From Polyangiales bacterium (GTDB lineage Bacteria; Myxococcota_A; Polyangia; Polyangiales; Ga0077539), in assembly GCA_044229975.1 (NCBI GenBank), contig JBGARZ010000022.1, forward strand, positions 32,001-96,000: 64,000 nt of DNA. The letters are read 5' to 3'. The notes beneath the pieces were generated by a model, which saw nothing but the letters and a program-made list of their open reading frames with translations, had not been told where the DNA came from and did not search any database. How positions within the stretch are numbered: the first letter of the stretch is position 1; every line of letters begins with the position of its first letter. Positions 17,513 through 26,991 of the stretch are shown one piece after another. Made by a program: the position numbers and the translations under genes.

Positions 17513-19032
17513 CCAACCCCTTTCGCCAGGGGCTCCATGGCGACCGGCTGCCCGCGCCGACGGCGGTGGTGATCTTCGGCGCGTCGGGTGACCTCACGCG
17601 GCGCAAGCTGATGCCGGCGCTCTACAACCTCGCCCTCGCACGCTTGCTCCCGCCGGGATTCTCGGTGCTGGGTGTCGCGCGCCGCCCGTGGACGGAGGAC
17701 TTCTTCCGCGACGAGCAGCACAAGGCCGTCGCGGAGTTCTCCCGCAAGAAGCCCCTGGACGAGACCGTCTGGAACGACTTCGCCCAGGGCATCGGCTACG
17801 TCGAGGGCGACCACACGAAGCCCGAGACCTACGCGTCGCTGAAGCAGAAGCTGGAGGAGCTCGATCGTACCCGCGGCACCTGTGGCAACCGGGTCTTCTA
17901 CCTCTCGGTGTCCCCGTCGGAGGTGGGCACCATCGTCAAGCATCTCGCCGACGCGGGGCTCCTCGCCGACCCGCGGGACACGACGTGCGCGACGCGTGTC
18001 GTGTGCGAGAAGCCCCACGGCACCGACCTCGAAAGCTCGCGCAAGCTCGACGAGACCCTGCACGCCTCGCTCGACGAGTCGCAGATCTTCCGCATCGACC
18101 ACTACCTCGGCAAGGAGGCAGTGCCGAACCTCCTCGCGTTCCGCTTTGCCAACGCCATCTTCGAGCCGCTCTGGAGCCGCCAGCACATCGACCACGTGCA
18201 GATCACCGTGGCCGAGGACATCGGCATCGAAGGCCGCGGGAAGTTCTACGAGTCGGCCGGTGCGATGCGCGACATCGTGCAGAACCACCTCGTGCAGCTC
18301 GTCACCCTCTGCGCGATGGAACCCCTCGCGTCGCTCGATGCCACCTCGGTGCGCGACGAGAAGGTGAAGGTGCTGCGCGCCCTGAGACCGCTCTCGCCCG
18401 ACGACCTCCATCGCAATGTGGTGCGCGGTCAGTACGGTCCTGGCGGAGTCGGGGGCGCGCTCGTCCCGGGCTACCGCGAGGAGAAGGACGTCGCGCCCGA
18501 CAGCACCACCGAGACCTTCGTCGCGATGAAGCTCGCGATCGACAACTGGCGCTGGCAGGGCGTTCCCTTCTACATCCGCGCGGGCAAGCGGTTGACCCGT
18601 CGCGTGACGGAGATCTCGGTGCACTTCCGGGGCGTCCCCTTGCCCCTCTTCGGCGCGGCGGCCTCGGAGCCCAACGTGCTCGCGCTGCGCATCCAGCCCG
18701 ACGAGGGCATCACGCTGCGCTTCGTCTCCAAGGTGCCGGGTCCCACCACGGTGCTGCGCCCCGTGAGCATGGACTTCCGCTACGGAACCACCTTCGGCAA
18801 CACGGGCCCCGAGGCGTACGAGCGGCTGCTGCTCGACGTGATGCTGGGCGAGGCGACGCTCTTCACCCGCGCCGACGAGGTCGACTGGAGCTGGCGCTAC
18901 TTCGACCCGGTGCTCGCGCACTGGAAGTCCGAGGGCGCGAAGCAGCTCCCGACGTACCACGCGGGCACCTGGGGACCCGCGGCGGCCGAGGAGCTCATCG
19001 CGCGGGACGGCCGACGGTGGAGGTCACCTTGA
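17509..19032 (+). CDS. zwf: glucose-6-phosphate 1-dehydrogenase
   Basis: GASGDLT, RIDHYLGKE, DIVQNH, WQGVPFYIRAGK. Confidence 0.97.
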   Translation: MTNPFRQGLHGDRLPAPTAVVIFGASGDLTRRKLMPALYNLALARLLPPGFSVLGVARRPWTEDFFRDEQHKAVAEFSRKKPLDETVWNDFAQGIGYVEGDHTKPETYASLKQKLEELDRTRGTCGNRVFYLSVSPSEVGTIVKHLADAGLLADPRDTTCATRVVCEKPHGTDLESSRKLDETLHASLDESQIFRIDHYLGKEAVPNLLAFRFANAIFEPLWSRQHIDHVQITVAEDIGIEGRGKFYESAGAMRDIVQNHLVQLVTLCAMEPLASLDATSVRDEKVKVLRALRPLSPDDLHRNVVRGQYGPGGVGGALVPGYREEKDVAPDSTTETFVAMKLAIDNWRWQGVPFYIRAGKRLTRRVTEISVHFRGVPLPLFGAAASEPNVLALRIQPDEGITLRFVSKVPGPTTVLRPVSMDFRYGTTFGNTGPEAYERLLLDVMLGEATLFTRADEVDWSWRYFDPVLAHWKSEGAKQLPTYHAGTWGPAAAEELIARDGRRWRSP

Positions 19033-20135
19033 GCGTTCCGCTGCACAAGGTCGAGGCCGAGCTGACGAAGCTGTGGGCGGAGAAGTCTCAGCAGGACTCG
19101 CACCCGCGGGTGCTCGACCTGGTGGCGTTCTGCGCGACGCCCGACGAGCTGCCGCGGGTGTGCGCCGCCCTCGCGCCGCTCGCGCTCAAGCACCCGTGCC
19201 GAACGCTGACCGTCGTGTGCTACCCGGGCGACGAGCCGTCCATCACGGCGCGGGTGGCGCTGCACGTCGACCCGTCGCGCGGCGGAGAGCCCGTCGGCGA
19301 CGACGTGGTGCTGGAGGTGCGCGGCGCGGCGCGATCGTGGGTGCCGTCGGCCCTCCAGCAGCTCCGCCGGGGCGACCTGCCGATGCACCTCTGGTGGTCG
19401 GGTGACCTGCCCGACGACGACCGGCTCTTCGACCACCTCACCGACGACGCCGACGTCACCATCGTCCACAGCGCCGACATGGACCTGCGCGACCTCGAAC
19501 AGCTCCGCCGCGTGCTGGCGTGGCGCGTCGAGCGCGCGGTGTTCCTCGACCTCAACTGGGTGCGGCTGGCGCTGTGGCAGGAGCTCACGGCGCGCTTCTT
19601 CGATGGTGCGGGGGTGGCCGCGCTCATCCCGGCTCTCGACGCCCTGTCGCTCGGCTTTGCACCGCGCCCGGGCTCCGACGACGCCTCGCCGACGCAGGCC
19701 GCGCTCCTCGCCGGGTGGATCTCCGTCTGCACCGGTTGGGTCGTCGATGGCGCGACGTGGACCACGGAGTCCGATGGCTCGCGCGTCGCGACGGTGAAGC
19801 GCGCCGACGGATCACCCGCGCGGGTTCGCTTCGCGGAGGACGATCGGCCCGGCGTGTACGCGGGCGCGCTGCACACGGTCACCTTGAGCGGCCCCGGGCT
19901 GAAGCTGGAGGTCGGGCGCGCGCTCGAAGACCCGCTGGTGCTCTGCTGGTCGGGCGAGGTGCCGGGGCAGCTCCTGCCGTCGCAGTGCGTTCGCATGGGC
20001 GTGCCCGACGAGCCGAAGATGCTGGCGCGCGCGCTCGATCGACCGGAGCGCGATCCCTTGTTCGAGCGCAGCCTCGCGGCGGCGGCGGCGCTCACGCGGG
20101 CGGTGGCGCCCTTGAAGGGCGAAGAGACAACGTGA
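19029..20135 (+). CDS. opcA: G6PD assembly protein OpcA
   Basis: TTG overlapping the zwf stop; HPCR, DLPMHLWW and DLNWVRLALWQE motifs; position between zwf and pgl. Confidence 0.85.
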   Translation: MSVPLHKVEAELTKLWAEKSQQDSHPRVLDLVAFCATPDELPRVCAALAPLALKHPCRTLTVVCYPGDEPSITARVALHVDPSRGGEPVGDDVVLEVRGAARSWVPSALQQLRRGDLPMHLWWSGDLPDDDRLFDHLTDDADVTIVHSADMDLRDLEQLRRVLAWRVERAVFLDLNWVRLALWQELTARFFDGAGVAALIPALDALSLGFAPRPGSDDASPTQAALLAGWISVCTGWVVDGATWTTESDGSRVATVKRADGSPARVRFAEDDRPGVYAGALHTVTLSGPGLKLEVGRALEDPLVLCWSGEVPGQLLPSQCVRMGVPDEPKMLARALDRPERDPLFERSLAAAAALTRAVAPLKGEETT

Positions 20136-20154
20136 CGGAGGCATCGAAGAGCGA

Positions 20155-20880
20155 ATGAAGTTCATCGAGGGAGGTCTGCCTGCGAAGACGGCGATCGAGG
20201 GCGCGGCGCTCATCGCCGAGTGGAGCCGCGAGGCCATCGCCGAGCGCGGGCGCTTCGACGTGGCCCTCGCCGGGGGCGAGAGCCCGAAGCCCATCTACGA
20301 GGCGCTGCGCGCTCGGCGCGACGTCGATTGGAAGCGCTGGGAGGTGTTCTTCGGTGACGAGCGCGCGGTGTCGTCGCACGACCCGCTGAGCAACCAGCTC
20401 GGGGCGGAGGAGGCGCTGCTCAACCGCGTGCCCCTCCGGCCCGAGCACGTCCACCCGATGTACACGCTGGGCCTCGACATCGAGCAGGCGGCGCTGGACT
20501 ACGAGCAGGAGCTGGTGAAGGTGCTCGGTTCGCCGCCGGTGTTCGACCTGGTGATCCTCGGGGTCGGCCGCGACGGGCACACGCTCTCGCTGCCTCCGTA
20601 CTGCGGCGCGATCTTCGAGAAGGAGCGCTTCGTGATGGCGCTCGTCGACCCGGAGATGAACCCGGCCGTCGACCGCATCACGCTCACGCCGCCCGTGGTC
20701 GTCGCCGCGCGGCGGGTGCTGGTGATCGCCAGCGGTCGCGCCAAGGCGAACGCCATGATGGCCGTCCTCGACGACCCCGACGACCGGGCGAAGGTGCCCG
20801 CACAGATCATCCGCGACGCGAAGGGCGAGGTGACGGTGCTGGTCGACTACGAGCTCGCCCGGGCCATCGGGAGGGCATAG
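20155..20880 (+). CDS. pgl: 6-phosphogluconolactonase
   Basis: ALAGGESP, FFGDER, LGVGRDGHTLSL, RITLT. Confidence 0.93.
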   Translation: MKFIEGGLPAKTAIEGAALIAEWSREAIAERGRFDVALAGGESPKPIYEALRARRDVDWKRWEVFFGDERAVSSHDPLSNQLGAEEALLNRVPLRPEHVHPMYTLGLDIEQAALDYEQELVKVLGSPPVFDLVILGVGRDGHTLSLPPYCGAIFEKERFVMALVDPEMNPAVDRITLTPPVVVAARRVLVIASGRAKANAMMAVLDDPDDRAKVPAQIIRDAKGEVTVLVDYELARAIGRA

Positions 20881-20882
20881 AG

Positions 20883-21710
20883 ATGGCGCGGGCTCGATGG
20901 GTGTGGTCGGCGGCGCTCGCCGTGGCGTGTCAGGGCGCTCCGACGCGTCGCCCGCCCGCACCGCGGGTGGACGCCGCCCGACCCATCGACGCGGGCGCTG
21001 CACGCGATGCGGCAGTCGTCGACGTCGCAGCCGACGCCGTGGCCGATGCGGGCGCTGACGCGGGTCCACCGTCCACGATCTATCTCAACACCCTCGGGGT
21101 CGACCGCCTGCGCGTGGGCACCACCATCCCCTTGCGGGTGTGGCGGCGCGGGGCCGTGGACGTCGACGTCACGGCGCAGTCCACCATCACCGTCGAGGAC
21201 CCCAACCTCGGGCAGATCCTGCCGGGGCATCGGTTTCACGCCGCCAACCTCGGACGGGTGATGCTCATCGCTCACGTGGGCGACGAGGAGGCGCGCGGCG
21301 TGGTCGAGGTGAGCGCCCGGATGCCTCCGGGCATGGGCTACGTCCCAATGGTGCGCGGCGGTCCCGGTCGGCCGCTCATCTACGCGCGCTTCTCGTCGCC
21401 GCGCACCGCCGTGCAGCGCTTCGAGTTCGCCTGGGTCGACGGAACACTCTCCTTCGAGTCACGCGGCCGCGCGGTGGACTTTCCCGTCACGGTCCGCGTC
21501 GCGAGCGGAACCTTCGACCCGCACCGCGGCCCCGAGGAGCTCGCTGCCGTGACCGGGCAGGTGGTGTTCGATCGGTGGGTGCAGGAGCGCCTCGACGGCC
21601 ACGCCGAGCTCATGGCGGGCGGTCGACCGCTGCGGTTCACGTTCTCGTTTCACGACACCGACCCGTGGACGCTGCGCATTCCGCCGACAGAGCTGCGACC
21701 AGTGCAGTGA
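20883..21710 (+). CDS. hypothetical lipoprotein
   Basis: Lipobox AVAC followed by a DAG-rich linker. Confidence 0.65.
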   Translation: MARARWVWSAALAVACQGAPTRRPPAPRVDAARPIDAGAARDAAVVDVAADAVADAGADAGPPSTIYLNTLGVDRLRVGTTIPLRVWRRGAVDVDVTAQSTITVEDPNLGQILPGHRFHAANLGRVMLIAHVGDEEARGVVEVSARMPPGMGYVPMVRGGPGRPLIYARFSSPRTAVQRFEFAWVDGTLSFESRGRAVDFPVTVRVASGTFDPHRGPEELAAVTGQVVFDRWVQERLDGHAELMAGGRPLRFTFSFHDTDPWTLRIPPTELRPVQ

Positions 21711-23232
21711 GGTACGGCAGCGGCAGCAGGTTGCGCGGCCGCAGCCCCAACCGCATCCCGAGACCCCAGGCGACGACGTAGACGGCCGCGAGCGCGAGCG
21801 CATCGAAGCGTCGGCCGCCGCGCCACGCGAGCACGAGCACGGCGACCAGGAGCGATGCGGCGAGGACGGCCATCGGGGCGGTGACGTCCTCCGCGCGACC
21901 GAGCGTCCCGTACGAAGCGAGCGAGCGGGCGAGGGGGAGCCCGCCGTGCTGGCCGAGGCCGTTGCCTGCGCGCAGATCGGGCGCATCGCCGGTCACCGAC
22001 GTCGGGTGCACCTGCGCGCGTGATGCGAGCAGGGCGCCTGGGACGAGGGCGACGCACCACGCGGCGACGGCGATGGCGATGAGCACGCGAGCGCGGGCGG
22101 GGGATGGTGGGAGGGTGCGCGGGTCGATCCACGCGGCAGCGACGAAGGTGAGCGCGAAGAGCCCGGCGACGAGGTCGGTCCAGGCGGCGAGGCCGGCCGC
22201 GGTGAGCAGGACGAACCAGCGGGCAGCGCGGTCGCGGTCGTCATCGCGGAGCGCAGACGAGGCGACGGCGGCGAGGACGACGAAGAGCGTCGCGAGCGCG
22301 TAGGGGCGGGCGAGCACCGCCTCCGAGGTCACGCGCGGCGCGAGGAGTGGCAGCGCGACGAGCAGCATCGACCACGGTCGACGAGCGCGCACGGCGTGGG
22401 CGAAGGCGAGCGCGCACGCCGCGAGGATGGCGCACACCACGGAGAGCCTGCGCAACACCGCGTCACCGCGGGCGGGCGTCCAGCGCAGCGCGTGCCCGTA
22501 GCCCTGTTGCAACGCGCGAAACACCGGCGGATGAACCCACGCGTCGTGGTCGTCATCGAGGACGAGGGTCGTCGCGGGCCGCGCCCAGTTCTCGTCGCCG
22601 TCGTGCGCGCGTTGCCGCCCGGCGCGGGCCGTCATCACACCCGCGATGACGACCAGCGCGAGCGCGATGGCGAGGGCGCGACGGTCGGCGCGACCCGATG
22701 GCGTGGTCGGTGTGCGAGCGAGCAGGGAGGCCGCGAGCGTGGCGAGGAGCGCGAGCGCGAAGCACACCGCGACGACGCGGTCGGGCGCGAGTCCGGTGCG
22801 GGCCATGAAGGGCGTGAGCAGCCCGTGCGAGGCAGCAGCGCGTGGCGGGGCGACGGTCCAGATGTCGCCGTGCTCACGGGCGCAGAGGGCGTCGCGCACG
22901 CGGCGGACGTCGGTGGCGCCCCCACAGGTTCGTGCGGACACGTCGAGCGCGCAGCCCCACCCTCCGCGGTGGGCGACGACCAGCGCGCACCGGCCGTCGC
23001 CTGGCGCGAACTGCACCCGCACCTCGTCGTCGGCGAGCCGCACGCCCGCCACCCGCATCCCGTGAAACGCACCGTCGAGCACCGGCGCGAGAAAGCGCAT
23101 CACCGCCTGTTCGCGTCCGGGGTAGATGTGCGCCGCGGCCCCCGGCGGGCGCGCCACGATGAGCGCAACGAGGGCGCAGACCAGCGACAGCGCGAGGCCG
23201 ATGAGGCGGTACGCGGTCGGGGCGGCGCTCAG
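21637..23232 (-). CDS. polytopic membrane protein, GT-C glycosyltransferase-like; start uncertain
   Basis: DGDE, HPP, LRRLSV and ARPYAL motifs with many hydrophobic segments. Confidence 0.55.
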   Translation of the reverse strand: MSAAPTAYRLIGLALSLVCALVALIVARPPGAAAHIYPGREQAVMRFLAPVLDGAFHGMRVAGVRLADDEVRVQFAPGDGRCALVVAHRGGWGCALDVSARTCGGATDVRRVRDALCAREHGDIWTVAPPRAAASHGLLTPFMARTGLAPDRVVAVCFALALLATLAASLLARTPTTPSGRADRRALAIALALVVIAGVMTARAGRQRAHDGDENWARPATTLVLDDDHDAWVHPPVFRALQQGYGHALRWTPARGDAVLRRLSVVCAILAACALAFAHAVRARRPWSMLLVALPLLAPRVTSEAVLARPYALATLFVVLAAVASSALRDDDRDRAARWFVLLTAAGLAAWTDLVAGLFALTFVAAAWIDPRTLPPSPARARVLIAIAVAAWCVALVPGALLASRAQVHPTSVTGDAPDLRAGNGLGQHGGLPLARSLASYGTLGRAEDVTAPMAVLAASLLVAVLVLAWRGGRRFDALALAAVYVVAWGLGMRLGLRPRNLLPLPYLTALVAALSAECAASTGRCRETRT

Positions 23233-23972
23233 AGGTCCACCAGGTCGAAGATCTCCACCTGCACCCCTTCGGCGAAGTGCGCGAGCGGCTCTTCGTCGGG
23301 TCGCGCGATGCCGCACGCCGCGCAGATGGACTCCTCCCACGAGAACACCGTCGCGCGCTGCAACGGGTACGGCGTGTGGTGGACCTGGCCGCGCTGGATG
23401 CGCCCGCCGCCCGTGTCGGCGAAGAGGTAGTACCGCTCGGCGAGGAAGTGCTCCAACGTGCCCGGAACCGCCGCCGACGGTTCCCCTTCGGGGCGATAGC
23501 GGCCCTTGAAGTGCGCGGGGAGGGGAGGCGGCGAGAGGCGCTCGGTGGCGTAGTCGATGACGCCGTCGTCGCCGCGCGTGAGCGACATGCGCGCGTAGTG
23601 GTAGGGCAGGTGCCAGCCCGCGCGGGCGACCTGCACCGGCAGCCACGCCGCGGCCTCCAGCGTGAAGAACCACACCCCAGGGTCCTTGCCCTTGTGATGG
23701 ACGTAGGTGCGGAGGTTGGTCTCGTGGAAGTCGGAGGTCCCGGGCACCGCGGGGAGCCACGCGAGGCGCACGCCCTTCATGGTGAAGGGGACGAGACCCA
23801 CCCACGCGCTGCCGTCGAAGGTGTCGATCTCCAGCTCCGCGGGGATGAGCGGGCGCAGCACCTCCACCGGCACGCGCCAGTGGAGGAAGAGCAGGGTCTC
23901 CCAGGTCTGGTGTTGCGCGGGGCTCACTCCCTCGGGTCGTCGCGTCGGGGCGATGCGGTCGATGGTGTCCAT
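23229..23972 (-). CDS. YqjF/DUF2071 family protein
   Basis: QTWETLLFLHW, WVGLVPFTM, ETNLRTYV, GVWFFTLEA, FLAERY. Confidence 0.9.
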   Translation of the reverse strand: MDTIDRIAPTRRPEGVSPAQHQTWETLLFLHWRVPVEVLRPLIPAELEIDTFDGSAWVGLVPFTMKGVRLAWLPAVPGTSDFHETNLRTYVHHKGKDPGVWFFTLEAAAWLPVQVARAGWHLPYHYARMSLTRGDDGVIDYATERLSPPPLPAHFKGRYRPEGEPSAAVPGTLEHFLAERYYLFADTGGGRIQRGQVHHTPYPLQRATVFSWEESICAACGIARPDEEPLAHFAEGVQVEIFDLVDL

Positions 23973-23995
23973 GGAGGACCGCGACGATAGCGGAC

Positions 23996-24700
23996 CTACC
24001 GCTGCGTCGCGAAGCGCGTCCAGAGGCGCTCGAACTCCGCACCGAACGCGTCGACCAGGGCGCGGTCGCCCGTGACCACGACGTTCTCCTGGTTGTAGTT
24101 GGCGGCGCTGCGGGTCCAGTTGTAGCTGCCGTTGAGCAGCCGGGCGCCGTCGAAGATCGCGAACTTGTGGTGCATGTGCGCCTCGGTCTGGTCGACCCTG
24201 ACCTCCACGCCCGCCCGCCGCAGCGGCTCGATGTCCGAGCCCTCGTCCATGGACTTGTCGTTGTCGCTGATGACCCGGATCACCACGCCGCGGCGCCGCG
24301 CGTCGAGCATCGCGTTGCGGATGCGGTCGTCCGTGATGGTGAACACGCAGACGTCCACCTTGCGCTTCGCCCGCCCGAACTCCTCACGGATGGCGTCGAG
24401 GCACTGGTCCCCCGGACTGAACGTCGCCCGCCCGCCCGTCTCCGCCGACGGCGCCGCGGGCTTCGCGCCGTCCTGCGTGAGCTCGGCGAGCGAGAGCACC
24501 CAGCGGAAGGTGTCGCGCATGCGGTCGTCGCTCATCGACGCGCGCGCCAGCACGATGGCCTGCGCGCAGAAGAGCGTGACGGTCTCGCGGTCCATCGCCC
24601 GCTGACCAAACACGCGCTCGACGGAGGCGCGGGTGGCGTGCGTGATGCTCGGATCGGCGAGGGACTGCTGGATGAGTGCTTCGAGCTCGCGTGCGCCCAT
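23996..24700 (-). CDS. phospholipase D-family nuclease (single HKD motif)
   Basis: HHKFAIFD...GSYNWTRSA...NQEN. Confidence 0.9.
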   Translation of the reverse strand: MGARELEALIQQSLADPSITHATRASVERVFGQRAMDRETVTLFCAQAIVLARASMSDDRMRDTFRWVLSLAELTQDGAKPAAPSAETGGRATFSPGDQCLDAIREEFGRAKRKVDVCVFTITDDRIRNAMLDARRRGVVIRVISDNDKSMDEGSDIEPLRRAGVEVRVDQTEAHMHHKFAIFDGARLLNGSYNWTRSAANYNQENVVVTGDRALVDAFGAEFERLWTRFATQR

Positions 24701-24730
24701 GAAATGTTCCGGTGCCTCCGGGCGCGGACG

Positions 24731-25861
24731 CTACTCAACCGCCCGCGGGAGAAACACCCGAAACGTCGTCCCGCGCCCGAGCTCGCTCTCCACGGTGACG
24801 TGCCCGCCGCTCTGCTTCACGATACCGAACACCGTCGACAACCCGAGCCCGGTGCCTTCGCCCACGGGCTTGGTGGTGAACAATGGCTCGAACACCTTCG
24901 CCTTCGTCTCGGCGTCCATCCCCGTGCCCGTGTCGGCCACGAAGACCCCGACGTAGGGGCCCGGCTTCACCCCGGGGTTCTTCGCCGCGTAGGCGTCGTC
25001 GAGCAACACGTTGGCGGTCTCGAAGCGCACCGTTCCCCCTTTGGGCATCGCGTCGCGCGCGTTGACCACGAGGTTGATGAGGATCTGGCTGACCTGACCC
25101 GGGTCGACCCGCACCCGCGCCAGCGGCTCTTCGAAGGCCTCGACGAAGGCGATGTGCTGCCCGATGGTGCGCCGCAGCAGCCGCTCGGCCTCACGCACCA
25201 GATCGTTGAGGTCGACCACCTTGGGCGCCAGCACCTGCTTGCTGCCGAAGGCCAGGAGCTGCTTCGCCAGGGACCTCGCGCGCTCGGCCGCGTCGCGGAT
25301 GGCCTGCATGTCCTCGTGCCGCGGGTCGGCCTTGGGCGTGCTCGACATGACCAGCTCGGTGTAGCTGAGGATGATCGCGAGGAGGTTGTTGAAGTCGTGC
25401 GCGACGCCGCCCGCGAGGTGGCCGATGGCCTCCATCTTCTGCGACTGCCGGAGCTGCGCCTCCAGCCGACCGCGCTCGCGGTGCTCGACCATCGCGGCGA
25501 GCTCGCGGCGCACCGCCGGGTTGAGCCGGGTGAGGTTGCCCTTGGAGATGAAGTCGCTCGCGCCGCGCTTGAGCGAGGCCACCGCGAGCTCTTCGTTGAC
25601 CGTCCCCGACACGATGATGAACGGGATCTCGACCCCGCTCTCCTGCACCACGGAGAGCACCTGCGGGGCTTCGAAGCGCGGCATGCTGTAGTCCGAGATG
25701 ACGATGTCCCAGGGCCCGCCGAGCAGGGCTTCGCGCAGGGCCTCCGGGGTCTCGACCCGGGTCGCCCGCGGGTCGAAGCCGCCGCGGCGCAGCTCCATCA
25801 GCAGCAGCGTCGCGTCGTCCTCGTTGTCCTCGACGACCAGCACACGGAGTACATCCGTCAT
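24731..25861 (-). CDS. receiver-histidine kinase hybrid
   Basis: N-terminal REC domain; AHDFNN, NLVVNARDA, FTTK, GTGLGL. Confidence 0.93.
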   Translation of the reverse strand: MTDVLRVLVVEDNEDDATLLLMELRRGGFDPRATRVETPEALREALLGGPWDIVISDYSMPRFEAPQVLSVVQESGVEIPFIIVSGTVNEELAVASLKRGASDFISKGNLTRLNPAVRRELAAMVEHRERGRLEAQLRQSQKMEAIGHLAGGVAHDFNNLLAIILSYTELVMSSTPKADPRHEDMQAIRDAAERARSLAKQLLAFGSKQVLAPKVVDLNDLVREAERLLRRTIGQHIAFVEAFEEPLARVRVDPGQVSQILINLVVNARDAMPKGGTVRFETANVLLDDAYAAKNPGVKPGPYVGVFVADTGTGMDAETKAKVFEPLFTTKPVGEGTGLGLSTVFGIVKQSGGHVTVESELGRGTTFRVFLPRAVE

Positions 25862-26298
25862 CGCGAGCTCCCCCCGGCGCCGGGCGCCTCGTTGACCACC
25901 AGCCAGTACTGTCCGAGGGCGCGCACCACCTCGTTGAACTGAACGAAGTCCACCGGCTTGCGCACGTAGCTGTTGGCGCCGCAGCGGTAGGCGTCGGCGA
26001 TGCCCTGCTCCTCGGCCGACGACGTCAGGATCACCACCGGCACGAGGGCCGTCCGCGGGTCGGCCCGCAGGACGCGCAGCACGTCGATGCCGTCGAGCTT
26101 CGGCAGCTTGAGGTCGAGCAGCACCAGGGCGGGGGTGACGTCCGGCGGGGCTTCGGGGGTGCCCACGAGCCGGGCCACCGCCTCGGCGCCGTCGCGGGCC
26201 ACCACCACCCGGTCACCGATGCCGTTGTTCTTGAGCGCGCGCAGCGTCAAGAACTCATCATCCGGGTTGTCTTCGACCACCAGGATCGTGCCCTTCAT
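25858..26298 (-). CDS. single-domain response regulator
   Basis: VEDNPDD, LLDLKLPK, LTSS, NSYVRKP; ATG at 26298. Confidence 0.92.
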   Translation of the reverse strand: MKGTILVVEDNPDDEFLTLRALKNNGIGDRVVVARDGAEAVARLVGTPEAPPDVTPALVLLDLKLPKLDGIDVLRVLRADPRTALVPVVILTSSAEEQGIADAYRCGANSYVRKPVDFVQFNEVVRALGQYWLVVNEAPGAGGSSR

Positions 26299-26379
26299 CA
26301 CCAACGCCTGACCTCCGCGAACTGTCACGATAGAACGCCCCGCCCGGCGTCGCGAGGGGATAGAGTGGGGGCAACCCCC

Positions 26380-26970
26380 ATGGCAAGACTCGACCTGCGG
26401 CTGCGTAACCTCGAGAACTCCGAGCTCCTCATCGCCTCGTTCGAGAGCGAGGACGACGCGGAGACCTGGCTGGCCGACCGGCCCCACATGATGGAGGTGA
26501 TCGGCCTCATCGCCGAGTCCTCCGACCCGGCGATGCACCAGCGCCTGCGGCAGGCGGTGCGCCCGCTCGACGCCGACGAGGCCGCGGTGGTGCGTCGCAT
26601 GGACGAAGCAGATGCCATCGCCCGCGCCGAGCAGGAGGCGGAGGCTGTTCGCCGCGCGGCGGCCGACGCCGAGGCCCACCGCCAGTCGATGCGCGACGCC
26701 GACCCCGATCGACCGCTACAGCTCACCTGGACGCCGCGCGACGGCTACTCGGTCATGGACCCGGCGGACGAGCGCCCGATCTCACAGGAAGTGAAGGACG
26801 CCGTGGTGGCCTGGGTCGCCGAGCGCAACGAGTGGGTCGCCGACCGCGGTCAGGTCGTGGCCGAGGCCGTGGTGACGGTGTGGCCGGGCGCGCTGCCCGA
26901 CGGCGAGTCGCGGGTGATGCGCGGCGGAAGGTTTGTTCCCGTGGCCAAGGAGCCGACCGGGAAGTCCTAG
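26380..26970 (+). CDS. hypothetical protein
   Basis: Clean ORF with host codon bias. Confidence 0.75.
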   Translation: MARLDLRLRNLENSELLIASFESEDDAETWLADRPHMMEVIGLIAESSDPAMHQRLRQAVRPLDADEAAVVRRMDEADAIARAEQEAEAVRRAAADAEAHRQSMRDADPDRPLQLTWTPRDGYSVMDPADERPISQEVKDAVVAWVAERNEWVADRGQVVAEAVVTVWPGALPDGESRVMRGGRFVPVAKEPTGKS

Positions 26971-26991
26971 CGGAAAGGGCAGAGCGCCCGC

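Noticed and set aside
17688..19028. 815-aa ORF 17688..20135 as one protein
   Set aside because: The first part is an off-frame shadow of zwf; only 19029-20135 (opcA) is credible
23996..24700. PLD nuclease as part of a defence system
   Set aside because: Host-like composition and no helicase, methylase or other defence neighbours
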